From an uncultured Acidobacteriota bacterium (GTDB lineage: Bacteria; Acidobacteriota; Vicinamibacteria; Vicinamibacterales; UBA2999): DNA of 64,000 nt. Location: assembly GCA_963741665.1 (NCBI GenBank), contig CAVUIM010000003.1, forward strand, positions 48,710 through 112,709. Reading direction: 5' to 3'. The first letter of the stretch is position 1, and each line of letters begins with the position of its first letter. The position numbers and the translations under genes are program-made. The notes under the pieces were generated by a model, which saw only the letters and a list, made by a program, of their open reading frames with translations, had not been told where the DNA came from and did no database searches. Below are positions 53,161 through 61,953 of the stretch, in pieces.

Positions 53161-54072
53161 TCAGGGCGTCTTCGCGCCCAGCAGATGCGCCCGCACGAGC
53201 CGTTCGGCCTCGCCCACGACCTCGTTCTCGAGGCCGGCGACGTCTCCGCCCGGACGCAGGAGCCGCTGCGCCGACAGGTGCACCTCGTCGCGGAGACGGA
53301 TGAAGTGCAGGATGAAGCGCAGGCCGGCGTCCTGACGCTGCAACTGGCCGATCACGATGTAGTCGGCCGGCACCTCCGTCGCCAGGGTCCTGAGGTTTCT
53401 GATCGCCCGCGGCTGGCGCAGCGCAGCGCTGTTGCCGACGACGCCGAGCCGATCGGGCGCCAGCGCCGTGAGCCGGGTGACGACGACGTCGGACAACCCG
53501 GTGACGAAGCCGTCGAGGGCCGGATCGCCGGTTTCGTTGTCGAAGATCGACACCGCGACGATGGCCGGCCGCGGCGGCGCATCGGCGCGCACCCAGATGA
53601 GCGCCAGCACCACGGCCGCCGCCATCGCGCTCAGCCATGGGCCGCGCCGGCGCCACCAGCCGCCGGGAGGCGTCGCGCCGGCGTCCGGCGGCGCGGCCGG
53701 CGCATCAGGCTCCGATGACGGGACCAGCAGCGCATCAGCCGCGGCGCCGCCGTTGGCCTCGGTGGTGACGGGCGCCAGGAACCGGAAGCCGCGTTTGGGC
53801 AGCGTCTGCACGAAGCGCGGGTTCTCGCCGCTGTCGCCCAGCGCCGTGCGCACCTGCGCGATGCAGTAGGCCAGGCCGCGGTCGTAGTCGACGTGGGTGT
53901 GCCCGCCCCAGATGGCGGCGCGCAGCTCCTCGCGGGTCACCACCTGGCCGGGGCGAGACAGCAGCACCGCCAGCGCCCGCGCCGGCTGCGGCTCGAGCCG
54001 CACCGCTCTCCCGTCACGCGTCAGCTCGAGGGACGCTGGATTGAAGCAGAACGTCCCGAACAGAATGGTCAT
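53161..54072 (-). CDS. membrane-bound OmpR/PhoB-type winged-helix regulator (CadC/ToxR-like)
   Basis: 303 aa. It has an N-terminal trans_reg_C-like domain (LTRDGRAVRLEPQPARALAVLL...VVTREEL...RFVQTLPKRGFRF), one TM helix (WLSAMAAAVVLALIWV) and a periplasmic C-terminal domain. There is no receiver domain. Confidence 0.7.
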   Translation of the reverse strand: MTILFGTFCFNPASLELTRDGRAVRLEPQPARALAVLLSRPGQVVTREELRAAIWGGHTHVDYDRGLAYCIAQVRTALGDSGENPRFVQTLPKRGFRFLAPVTTEANGGAAADALLVPSSEPDAPAAPPDAGATPPGGWWRRRGPWLSAMAAAVVLALIWVRADAPPRPAIVAVSIFDNETGDPALDGFVTGLSDVVVTRLTALAPDRLGVVGNSAALRQPRAIRNLRTLATEVPADYIVIGQLQRQDAGLRFILHFIRLRDEVHLSAQRLLRPGGDVAGLENEVVGEAERLVRAHLLGAKTP

Positions 54073-54078
54073 CGGCGG

Positions 54079-54173
54079 CCCTGTTCCCTGTTCCCTGTTC
54101 CCTGTTCCCTGTTCCCTGTTCCCTGTTCCCTGTTCCCTGTTCCCTGTTCCCTGTTCCCTGTTCCCTGTTCCCT
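54079..54173. repeat. 13.5 perfect tandem copies of the heptamer CCCTGTT (GGGAACA on the sense strand of both flanking genes)
   Basis: Units start every 7 nt from 54079 to 54163, with a partial unit running into the TAG stop (complement of 54172-54174) of the M24 peptidase gene. The array ends 6 nt from the regulator ATG (54072). I counted it directly from the sequence. Confidence 0.95.
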
Positions 54174-55488
54174 ACTTGATCACGAGCAACCGGTAATTGG
54201 CGGAGTGAACGAACTGAATCCCGTGCTCCATCAGCATCGCGTCGTCCTCGATCGGGATGCGCAGCTTCTTGCCGCCCCACTCGGGGATCGGGGTGTAGGC
54301 GAAGTACTCGAACGAGAACAGGTGCTGCTGGTAGAGCGTGAACGTGCTCTGGAACGGCTGCCACGTGGTGAGCGACGGGCCGATGTCGTGGCCGGTGTTG
54401 CCCACCGGGTGGAAGCCGTAGGTGACGTCGGTCTTGTCGTCGGCGTTGGGCTTGTTGAACTCGATCACCCCGTACCCGGCGGCGCGCAGCGCCGCGTCCA
54501 TGGCCGCCATCGTCTCCTTGCCGGTGCGGCCGGCCTTGATCGCCGGCTTGATGACGTCGCGGGCGGCGATCGCCTTGGCGAAGGCGGTGCGGATGCTGGC
54601 CGGCGGCTGGGTCTCGCCCGGTTTCAGCACGTAGGCGACGCGCTTGACGTCGGTGCCGAAGTTCATCAGCTGCACGCCCCAGTCGATCATCATCACGTCG
54701 CCGGGCTGCACGATCCGATCGGTGGACGTGGCGACGATGCCTTCAGGGCCGGTCACGTAGACCGACGGCATGTCGAACTCCGAGCCCAGGCCGCGGGCCA
54801 GCAGCTGGTCCTGCAGCCACCACGCCGCGTCCTCGAGCGTGGTCTTGCCCGGCGTGATCACTTCGTTCGAGAGCGCCCGTTCGGCCAGCTGGATGGCGAT
54901 GCCGGCGGCCTCGCCGAAGGCGACGATCTCGGACGCGACGCGGCGCGAGCGGAACTCGGACACCAGCCGCTCGGCGCTGGCCAGACGCGACGCGTACGGC
55001 TCGCCCAGGGTCTTGAGGAGCCGCTGGTGCATCGTCACCGACAGGCCGTCGGCCGGACCGATCTCCTCCGACATGTTGACGCCGATGCGTTTAGGGTCGC
55101 GGGCCTTGACCTCTTTGGCGAGATCGTCGGCCGAGCCGTACTTGTCGTAGGCGCCCGACTGGTTCAGCAGATAGCCGGAGGGCCCGAGCGCCAGCCGCTC
55201 GACGCGGTCGCCCTTCAGGAAGAACGCGTAGTAGCCGACGCCGGTGACGTAGCCGCGGCCCAGGTCCTCCCACAGCGGGTCGTAGTGGTTCTCCTTCACG
55301 GCGACGATCCAGGCGTCGAGGCCGGCGTTCTTCATCGCCACCGGCAGCACCTGCTCGAACTTGTCGAGCCGGATCTGACGCTGCATCTCCCACCGCCGTC
55401 GCGCTTCTTGCGCTTCGCCGCTCCCGGCCAGGAGCATCACCATCACCATCACCATCGCCACCGCCGCCGTCACCCGCCCACTCGTCAT
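54172..55488 (-). CDS. M24-family Xaa-Pro aminopeptidase-like protein, secreted
   Basis: 438 aa from the ATG whose complement is at 55486-55488. The signal peptide contains VAMVMVMVMLLAG. The C-terminal pita-bread region has DVMMIDWGV, HPVGNTGHDIGP and IEDDAML. Confidence 0.7.
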   Translation of the reverse strand: MTSGRVTAAVAMVMVMVMLLAGSGEAQEARRRWEMQRQIRLDKFEQVLPVAMKNAGLDAWIVAVKENHYDPLWEDLGRGYVTGVGYYAFFLKGDRVERLALGPSGYLLNQSGAYDKYGSADDLAKEVKARDPKRIGVNMSEEIGPADGLSVTMHQRLLKTLGEPYASRLASAERLVSEFRSRRVASEIVAFGEAAGIAIQLAERALSNEVITPGKTTLEDAAWWLQDQLLARGLGSEFDMPSVYVTGPEGIVATSTDRIVQPGDVMMIDWGVQLMNFGTDVKRVAYVLKPGETQPPASIRTAFAKAIAARDVIKPAIKAGRTGKETMAAMDAALRAAGYGVIEFNKPNADDKTDVTYGFHPVGNTGHDIGPSLTTWQPFQSTFTLYQQHLFSFEYFAYTPIPEWGGKKLRIPIEDDAMLMEHGIQFVHSANYRLLVIK

Positions 55489-55529
55489 CTCGTCCTCCGG
55501 TCCGACACGATGGCACACGACCGCGCCGT

Positions 55530-56681
55530 CTACAACAGCCGCGCCACCAGCCGCTTCAACCGCACCGGCGGTGCGTCGAGGGCCGCTACCCAGCGCCGCG
55601 CCCACGGCACCAGCCGCGTCAACCCGTAGACAACGGCGACGGTGCCGACCAGCGTCAGTTCGAACGGCAGCCGCCGCTTCAACGGAATGGCGACGCCGCC
55701 GTAGACGACCTCGACGTGCACCCAGTAGGCGAAGAGCGACGCCGCGCCGATGGTGGCCAGCGGCGCGCCGATCGCGTCGGGCAGGCGCCGGCGCAGGCAC
55801 CAGGCGAGCGGCAGCAGCGCGGCCACGACTGCGAGCCGCAGGAAGAAGAAGGTCGGCGACGCGCCCCAGAACGCCGACCGGCCCGGCGGGTAGATCGTCG
55901 GCTGGAACGACGCCCAGTAGGCCAGCGCGCCCACCGTCACCGCCAGCAGCGCCAGCGCCGCTTGCAGGCGCCGCTCGTCGCGGTCGTCGCGCACCGCGGC
56001 CAGCGCGGCGCCGGCGGCCACCCCGGCCAAGACGAACGCGCTCCACGGCACCAGGGTGAAGTTGGTGTGTGGCGGCGTCGGCCGCCAGTACCACTGCAGC
56101 GGCCCCGGCAGCACGTCGACCCACGCGGCGGTCCGGATGAGCGGCGCCGCCATGGCCAGCGCCACGGTCGCGATGGACGCCGCGGCTACTCGCCCGGTAG
56201 GGCCGGCGCCGAGCCCCCACACACCGGCCGCGACGATCAAGGCCGGCCCCATCACGTTGAGGATGTCGACCTTCAGGAAGCCGATCGGCGCGCCCCAGCC
56301 GAGCGCCAGCGCCTGGGCCCGAAACACGAAGGCCAGCCCGAAGATCAGCGCGCCGCGCCGGGCCAGCGCCAGGGTCGCGTCGAGCCGCGACAGGCCGTGC
56401 CGCAGCTTCGACGCGCCCGACAAGGCCGTACCGAGTCCGGCCAGGAACAGGAACGCCGGCGCCGCCAGTCCGCCGGCGAAATTGGCCCAGTAGAACGCCG
56501 TGCGATCGCGGTCGGCCTCGCGCGTCCAGGCGTCGACGACGTGAGAGAGCACCATCAGCACCACGGCGACACCGCGGGCCCAGTCGAGCCAGATCTGACG
56601 GGTGGTTGCTGGCGCCCGATCGCTCAGGGCACGACCTCGAACGACGTCGTCAGCGGGATGTCCTGGCGCAGGCTGTGCCAC
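55530..56681 (-). CDS. polytopic membrane protein, DUF1624 / heparan-alpha-glucosaminide N-acetyltransferase-like
   Basis: 383-aa ORF. It has the N-terminal WLDWARGVAVVLMVLSH motif and about 9-10 hydrophobic segments. As drawn, the start overlaps the OsmC gene by 58 nt, and I found no alternative canonical start. Confidence 0.5.
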   Translation of the reverse strand: MAQPAPGHPADDVVRGRALSDRAPATTRQIWLDWARGVAVVLMVLSHVVDAWTREADRDRTAFYWANFAGGLAAPAFLFLAGLGTALSGASKLRHGLSRLDATLALARRGALIFGLAFVFRAQALALGWGAPIGFLKVDILNVMGPALIVAAGVWGLGAGPTGRVAAASIATVALAMAAPLIRTAAWVDVLPGPLQWYWRPTPPHTNFTLVPWSAFVLAGVAAGAALAAVRDDRDERRLQAALALLAVTVGALAYWASFQPTIYPPGRSAFWGASPTFFFLRLAVVAALLPLAWCLRRRLPDAIGAPLATIGAASLFAYWVHVEVVYGGVAIPLKRRLPFELTLVGTVAVVYGLTRLVPWARRWVAALDAPPVRLKRLVARLL

Positions 56682-57031
56682 ACCGAGCAGTACTTCTCGT
56701 GCGACAGCGCGATGGCCCGCTCGACGGCGGCGTCGGGCACGTCGCCGGTGACGCGGAAGCGCAGTTCGACGGCGGTGAAGCGGCTGGGCGGCTCAGGCGC
56801 GCGCTCGGCGACGACTTCGGTGGTCAGCGCGCGCAGGTCGTGGCGGCCCTTGCGGACGATGTCAGCGACGTCGACGCCCATGCACGAGGCGAGCGCCAGG
56901 CCAAGGGCCTCGACCGGCGACGGGCCGGCGGTGGAATCGCCGTCGATGGTCACCGGCACGCCGCGGAAGTCGGCGACGAATCGCCGCTCGCCCTGCCAGG
57001 TGATCGTCAGTCGAATCGGAGGTTTGGCCAC
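56624..57031 (-). CDS. osmC: OsmC/Ohr-family peroxiredoxin-like protein
   Basis: 135 aa. It has the two conserved Cys contexts LASCMG and KYCSVW. Confidence 0.8.
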   Translation of the reverse strand: MAKPPIRLTITWQGERRFVADFRGVPVTIDGDSTAGPSPVEALGLALASCMGVDVADIVRKGRHDLRALTTEVVAERAPEPPSRFTAVELRFRVTGDVPDAAVERAIALSHEKYCSVWHSLRQDIPLTTSFEVVP

Positions 57032-57109
57032 GCCCGGCAGCGTACTACAGCCGCCGGCCGGACCTGGCGCGGCCCCGGAAGCTCTGAAGCGCGGCCCGGC
57101 ATTCGTGAC

Positions 57110-57883
57110 TCAGCGTGGCGGCGTCGGCGCCGGCAGGGCACCGCGGCGCAACTGCGAGACGTGCGCCTGCGTGAACACCTCGCCGCGGAAGACGACGGCG
57201 TCGATGGCGAGGGTGTGGCGGATGTCGTCGAGCGGATTGCCCGCGAGCACGACCAGGTCGGCGGGGGCGCCCGCGGTCAGGGTGCCCAGTCCATCGAGAC
57301 ACCAGGCGCGCGCCCGATCGATGGTCATGGCCCGCAGCGCCTGACCAGGCGTGCGGCCGGCGGTCGACACGAGTTGCGCCAGGTCGTCGTGCATGGCGCC
57401 GGGCGCCGAGGGCGACGTGCGCGACGACGCGACGCCAGCCGCCACAGACGCCGGCCGGCATCCCTGAGCCAGTCGTGGCGCGTAGAGCCGCCCGTCGTCG
57501 AGATCCTGCCGCCAGCGCGCCAGTTGCGCGAGACTGGTCCCGACGTCGCCCACGGTCGTGATGCCGGCGGCGAGCAGATGCTGCAGAGTAGCCGGCGAGA
57601 ACGCGGCCAGCCGGACCGGCGCGTCGACGAGACCCGGCATCGCCACTTTGCCCCTGCCGTCGATGACCGTCTTGCCATGCGGCAGCGACCCGCCGGCCGG
57701 CGCCACCCGCTCGATGCGGGTGCCGCGCACGACGATGTCGCGATCCGGCAGGAGCCGCCCGGACTCGACGTCGACGACCGCGACGCCGCGGATGACAACC
57801 TCGGCCGCAGGCTCGGCCGTCTGAGCGATCACCGACGCCGTCGCCACCACCGCCACTGCCATCGGCACCAGCACCCTGGTCAT
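57110..57883 (-). CDS. short amidohydrolase-like protein lacking the HxH metal motif
   Basis: 257 aa from the ATG whose complement is at 57881-57883, with a signal peptide. The expected PGLIDxHxH reads PGLVDAPVRL. The C-terminal GAPADLVVLAGNPLDDI is typical of the family. It is about 150 aa shorter than typical members. Confidence 0.55.
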   Translation of the reverse strand: MTRVLVPMAVAVVATASVIAQTAEPAAEVVIRGVAVVDVESGRLLPDRDIVVRGTRIERVAPAGGSLPHGKTVIDGRGKVAMPGLVDAPVRLAAFSPATLQHLLAAGITTVGDVGTSLAQLARWRQDLDDGRLYAPRLAQGCRPASVAAGVASSRTSPSAPGAMHDDLAQLVSTAGRTPGQALRAMTIDRARAWCLDGLGTLTAGAPADLVVLAGNPLDDIRHTLAIDAVVFRGEVFTQAHVSQLRRGALPAPTPPR

Positions 57884-57925
57884 GACGCTCCTCAATCTGA
57901 TGAACCGCTTGCACATATGATGGAC

Positions 57926-57939
57926 TACGATATATCGTA
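57926..57939. promoter_or_regulatory. perfect 14-bp palindrome TACGATATATCGTA, candidate PadR operator
   Basis: It lies between the divergent amidohydrolase-like gene (start 57883) and the PadR gene (ATG 57947), 8 nt upstream of that ATG. Confidence 0.5.
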
Positions 57940-57946
57940 CTCCGTC

Positions 57947-58300
57947 ATGACGACGCAACCGGCCGCCGACGTCCTCCGCGAAGCCAAGAAAGGCAGCGCC
58001 GAGCTGGTCATCCTGGCGCTGCTCGAGGACACGCCGCGCCATGGCTACGAGCTGGCGGCGCGCATCGAGCAGGACTCGGAGGGAGCGCTCAGCTACAACT
58101 TCGCGTCGTTGTACGCGACGCTCTACAAGCTGGAGGGCCGCGGCTGGATCGTCGGCCGGTGGGTGGAACGGCCGGGCCAGCGGCGACGGCGCTACTATCG
58201 GCTCACCGCCGCCGGCACCACGGTGCTGGGCCGGCAACGCGACGAGTGGAAGCAGTTCGTCCTGGCGCTGGGCCGCATCGCCGGCATCAGCTTCGCGTGA
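57947..58300 (+). CDS. PadR-family transcriptional regulator
   Basis: 117 aa from ATG 57947 (in-frame ATGs at 57917 and 57920 are also possible). Motifs: AELVILALLEDTPRHGYELA, YATLYKLEGRGWI and RRYYRLT. Confidence 0.85.
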   Translation: MTTQPAADVLREAKKGSAELVILALLEDTPRHGYELAARIEQDSEGALSYNFASLYATLYKLEGRGWIVGRWVERPGQRRRRYYRLTAAGTTVLGRQRDEWKQFVLALGRIAGISFA

Positions 58301-58310
58301 GGACACGGCG

Positions 58311-60968
58311 ATGAGCGACTGGCAGGCACGTGTGCGCCGTCACCTCCGCGACCGCGGCACCACGCTGCCCGACGCGGTGATCGAGGAACTCGCCGATCAC
58401 CTGGAAGACGCGTGGGAGGCCCGTCCCGCGCCGCACACCGCGACCGATCCGGACGCCTTCGCCGCCGACGCGATGCGCCGCGCCGACGTGATGGCGCTGG
58501 TCGCGCGTCAGGCGTCGCCGCCGCCTCCACCCGCGCCGGAGCCGGGCAGCGGCTCGGCGCTGAGCGGCCTGGGCGGCGAGCTGCGCCACACGCTGCGGCT
58601 GCTGCGCCGGGCGCCGGCGTTCACGGCCGCCGTCGTCGCCGTCCTGGCCCTGGGCATCGGTGCCACCACGGCCGCGTTCGAACTCGTCTACTCGGCGCTG
58701 CTGGCGCCGCTCCCCTACCCAGACGCCGATCGCCTGGTGATGGTGTGGGAGCACAACCTCACCCGCGGTCGGGATCGCAACGTCATCAATCCCGGCAACT
58801 ACTTCGCGTGGTCGGAACGCACCACGTCACTCGAGTCGTCGGGCGTGTTCAGTCCGACCGTCGGCAACCTCTCTGGTGACGGCGGCCCCCCAGAGGAGAT
58901 TCGCGGCGTGGTCGTGCAGCCGCAGATCCTCGGCATGGTCGGCGCGCGGCCGCTGGCCGGGCGGCTGTTCGTCGCCGGCGACGCCGAGCCGGGCGCGCCG
59001 CGCGCCATCCTCATCAGCGAGGGCCTGTGGCAGCGCCGCTTCGGAGGCGCCGCCGATGCGGTGGGCCGGGCGGTGGTGATGAACGGCGACCCGGCGACGA
59101 TCGTCGGGGTCCTGCCGGCCGACTTCCGCCTCGTCAGCTACCGCGGCGACTTCTGGCGGCCGGTGGTGATCCCGCCCGAGGCGCGCACCAGCTTCCGCGG
59201 GCGCAGTCTCCTGTCGATCGCGAAGCTGCGACCCGGCATCGCCCCTGAGGCGGCTCAGCAGGAACTGGCCGCGGTGTTCGACGGTCTGGTCCGCGAACAC
59301 CCGGAGTTCAACACCGGCTGGACCCTCAACGTCGTCCCGCTGCGCGAGCAGTTGACGAGCGAGACCCGGCCGGCGCTGTGGGTGCTCTTCGGGGCAGTCG
59401 TGGCGGTGCTGCTCATCGCCTGCGCCAATGTCGCGGCGCTGATGCTCGTGCGCGCCACTGGACGACGCCACGAGATGGCGGTCAAGGTGTCGCTCGGCGC
59501 TCGGCCGGTGCATCTGGCCCGGCAGCTCTTCCTCGAGACGGCGCTGCTCGTCGGCGTCGGCGGCGTGCTCGGCGCGCTGCTCGCCCGAATCCTCACCCGG
59601 GTGATCTCGACCACCGCGCGCGACGCCGGCGTGCCGCTGGTCACCGACGGCACCCTGGGCGGCGCGGCGCTGACCTTCGCCGTGGCGGTCACGGCGATGA
59701 CTGCCGTCGCCTGCGGACTCGGTCCGGCACTGCGGGCCCGCAAGGCGTCGGTGAACGACGCCCTGCGCGAAGGCGGCCGCGGCGGGGTCGGCAGCCGTCA
59801 GCGGCTGCGTGGCTGGCTGGTGGCCGGCGAGGTCGCGGCAGCGATGCTGATCCTGTCGGGTGCGGCGCTGCTCGGACGCAGCTACGTCGCCCTGCAGGAC
59901 GTCGATCCGGGCTTCAACCCGGCGCGGGTGCTGACCGCGCGGGTGTCCCGCATGGGCAGCGCGGCGCAGAAATCGCAGGTGCCGTTCGCCAACGACGTGG
60001 TCGCCCGGCTGCGCTCGCTGCCGGGTGTGACCGCGGTCGCCGCCACGTCGTTCCTGCCACTCGACGGCAACCCGGGGATCGGCTCGTCGTTTCTGCTCGC
60101 CGATCGGCCTGAGCCGCCGCCCGGAGAACGTCCCGTGGCCGACTACCGTCCGGTGACGCCGGGGTACTTCGCCGCGCTTCAGATCTCGCGGCGCCAGGGG
60201 CGCGACTTCAGCGACGCCGATGTCGACGGCCGGCCGCGCGTCGCCATCGTCAACGAGGCCTTCGTCCGCCTGCTGTCGGCGGACGTCTCGCCACTCGGCC
60301 GCCGTCTTGCCGACTCGCTCGGCGAGACGCAGGAAATCGTCGGCGTCGTCGCCGACGTCACCCTGGCCAGCCTGAATGCCGAACAACGGCCGACGATCTA
60401 CCTGCCGTTCGCGCAGCTTCCGGTCGGCGCGATGACGTTCGTGGTGCGCACCGCCGCCGGCGAGCCCGAGGCGCTCGGCCGGTCGGTGGCGACGGTGATC
60501 CGCGAAGTGGATCCGAACCAGCCGGTGTCCGACATCCGGCCGCTCGACGAGGTGGTGTCGCGGTCGCTGATCCGGCCGCGGGTCGCCTCGGCCGCACTCG
60601 GCCTGTTTGCCGCCGCGGCGCTGTTGCTGGCGGCCATCGGCGTCTACGGCGTGGTCGCCTACGGCGTGTCGCAGCGGCGCGCGGAGTTCGGCGTGCGGAT
60701 GGCGCTGGGCGCGCAGCCGGGTGACGTCGTGCGCCTGGTGCTGCGGCAGAGCCTGGTGATGGTGCTCGGCGGCGTGGTCGCCGGCGCGGCGCTGGCGGTG
60801 CCGCTGTCGTCGACGCTGCAGACGCTGCTCTTCGGCGTGGGTCCAGGCGATCCGGTGACACTGGCCGGTGTCGCCGCGCTGCTGGTGCTGGCCGGCGTGC
60901 TGGCGAGCTACGTCCCGGCCCGCCGGGGCACGCGCGTCGACCCCGTGACGGCGCTGCGCGCGGAGTAG
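58311..60968 (+). CDS. ADOP-family duplicated MacB/FtsX-type ABC permease
   Basis: 885 aa from ATG 58311. It has the N-terminal soluble extension typical of PadR-linked permeases, then two MacB_PCD/FtsX modules, each ending in a 3-helix bundle. The protein ends ...ARRGTRVDPVTALRAE. Confidence 0.8.
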   Translation: MSDWQARVRRHLRDRGTTLPDAVIEELADHLEDAWEARPAPHTATDPDAFAADAMRRADVMALVARQASPPPPPAPEPGSGSALSGLGGELRHTLRLLRRAPAFTAAVVAVLALGIGATTAAFELVYSALLAPLPYPDADRLVMVWEHNLTRGRDRNVINPGNYFAWSERTTSLESSGVFSPTVGNLSGDGGPPEEIRGVVVQPQILGMVGARPLAGRLFVAGDAEPGAPRAILISEGLWQRRFGGAADAVGRAVVMNGDPATIVGVLPADFRLVSYRGDFWRPVVIPPEARTSFRGRSLLSIAKLRPGIAPEAAQQELAAVFDGLVREHPEFNTGWTLNVVPLREQLTSETRPALWVLFGAVVAVLLIACANVAALMLVRATGRRHEMAVKVSLGARPVHLARQLFLETALLVGVGGVLGALLARILTRVISTTARDAGVPLVTDGTLGGAALTFAVAVTAMTAVACGLGPALRARKASVNDALREGGRGGVGSRQRLRGWLVAGEVAAAMLILSGAALLGRSYVALQDVDPGFNPARVLTARVSRMGSAAQKSQVPFANDVVARLRSLPGVTAVAATSFLPLDGNPGIGSSFLLADRPEPPPGERPVADYRPVTPGYFAALQISRRQGRDFSDADVDGRPRVAIVNEAFVRLLSADVSPLGRRLADSLGETQEIVGVVADVTLASLNAEQRPTIYLPFAQLPVGAMTFVVRTAAGEPEALGRSVATVIREVDPNQPVSDIRPLDEVVSRSLIRPRVASAALGLFAAAALLLAAIGVYGVVAYGVSQRRAEFGVRMALGAQPGDVVRLVLRQSLVMVLGGVVAGAALAVPLSSTLQTLLFGVGPGDPVTLAGVAALLVLAGVLASYVPARRGTRVDPVTALRAE

Positions 60969-61057
60969 CGCCTTCTTCGTCCCGGCCGCCGCCGTTCGTC
61001 CCAGCGACGTGCGGGTCGTGTTGCGTGCGGCCTGGCCGACGATGGTAAAACACCGCC

Positions 61058-61489
61058 ATGCCCGACATCTGTCATCGCCTGCCGGTCAACGCGCCGGCCG
61101 ATCGCGTCTTCGCGATGTTCGCGTCGCCACAGGGGCTGAACGAGTGGTGGACGTTGGAATCCGCGGGAACGGCGGCCGCCAGCGAAACCTACCGCTTCGC
61201 ATTCGGGCCCGACTACGACTGGCGCGGCATCGTGACCGCGTGCGACGACGGCCGCTGGATCGAATGGGAGATGACCGAAGCCGACAGCGACTGGACCGGC
61301 ACCCGTGTCGGGGTGCGCCTCACCGCCGACGGCGCCCGCACATGGGTGGACTTCTACCACTCGGGATGGCGCCACGCCAACGAGCACTTCCGCACGTCGA
61401 ACTGCTGCTGGGCCAGCTATCTGCGGGTACTCAGGCGGTTCGTCGAGCACGGCGAGCGCGTGCCCTACGCCGATCGCCTCGACGTGTAA
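61058..61489 (+). CDS. SRPBCC-superfamily protein (Aha1/START-like)
   Basis: 143 aa. The N-terminal NAPADRVFAMFASPQGLNEWW is typical of the AHSA1/SRPBCC family. Confidence 0.6.
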   Translation: MPDICHRLPVNAPADRVFAMFASPQGLNEWWTLESAGTAAASETYRFAFGPDYDWRGIVTACDDGRWIEWEMTEADSDWTGTRVGVRLTADGARTWVDFYHSGWRHANEHFRTSNCCWASYLRVLRRFVEHGERVPYADRLDV

Positions 61490-61508
61490 CGACCGCGGAG
61501 ATTCGCCC

Positions 61509-61926
61509 GTGACCGATCAGGCACCGCCCGCCCCTCGATGGAGCATTGCGCCGTACTTCCTGGTGGCCGACGTCGTCGCCGCGGCCAACGACTATCGCGA
61601 CCGCTTCGGCTTTGCTTACGAGCGATTCTGGGGCGACCCGCCAGGGTTCTGCATGGTCTATCGGCGCGGCGTCGTCGTCATGCTGAAGCAGGCGGAGACG
61701 GCCGGCGCGCCGCGGCCCAATCACCGCGCCGACCCGCACGACGAGGCCTGGGACGCCTACATCTGGGTGGACGACGCCGACGCGCTGCACGCCGAGTTCG
61801 TCGCCGCCGGCGCGACGGTAGTACCGACCGCCGTGCGATCAGGAGTACGGATGCCGCGACTTCGAGGTCGAGGATCGCGACGGCTATCGGCTGTGCTTCG
61901 GGCACGACCTCAACGCCCGGCGGTAG
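61509..61926 (+). pseudogene. glyoxalase/bleomycin-resistance (VOC) family protein with one +1 disruption
   Basis: From GTG 61509 in the frame of ORF 61305..62195 up to about 61835. The conserved C-terminus DQEYGCRDFEVEDRDGYRLCFGHDLNARR-stop (TAG 61924-26) reads only in the +1 frame from 61837. Confidence 0.7.
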
Positions 61927-61953
61927 CTGCCAGGCGGCCGCCGGCGGACGGGC

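Noticed and set aside
54079-54173. The heptamer array considered as a CRISPR array, or as coding sequence (the PVPCSLF repeats in ORFs 53893..55629 and 53897..54196).
   Set aside because: - The units are 7 nt, contiguous and without spacers, so this is not CRISPR.
- The repeat-derived peptides come from ORFs antisense to two well-supported genes.
55437-55462. A CACCAT hexamer run giving a poly-His stretch (EHHHHHHH) in plus-strand ORF 53893..55629.
   Set aside because: It is the antisense of the M24 peptidase signal peptide (VAMVMVMVMLL). The plus-strand ORF is a shadow frame, and three to four hexamer copies are not remarkable.
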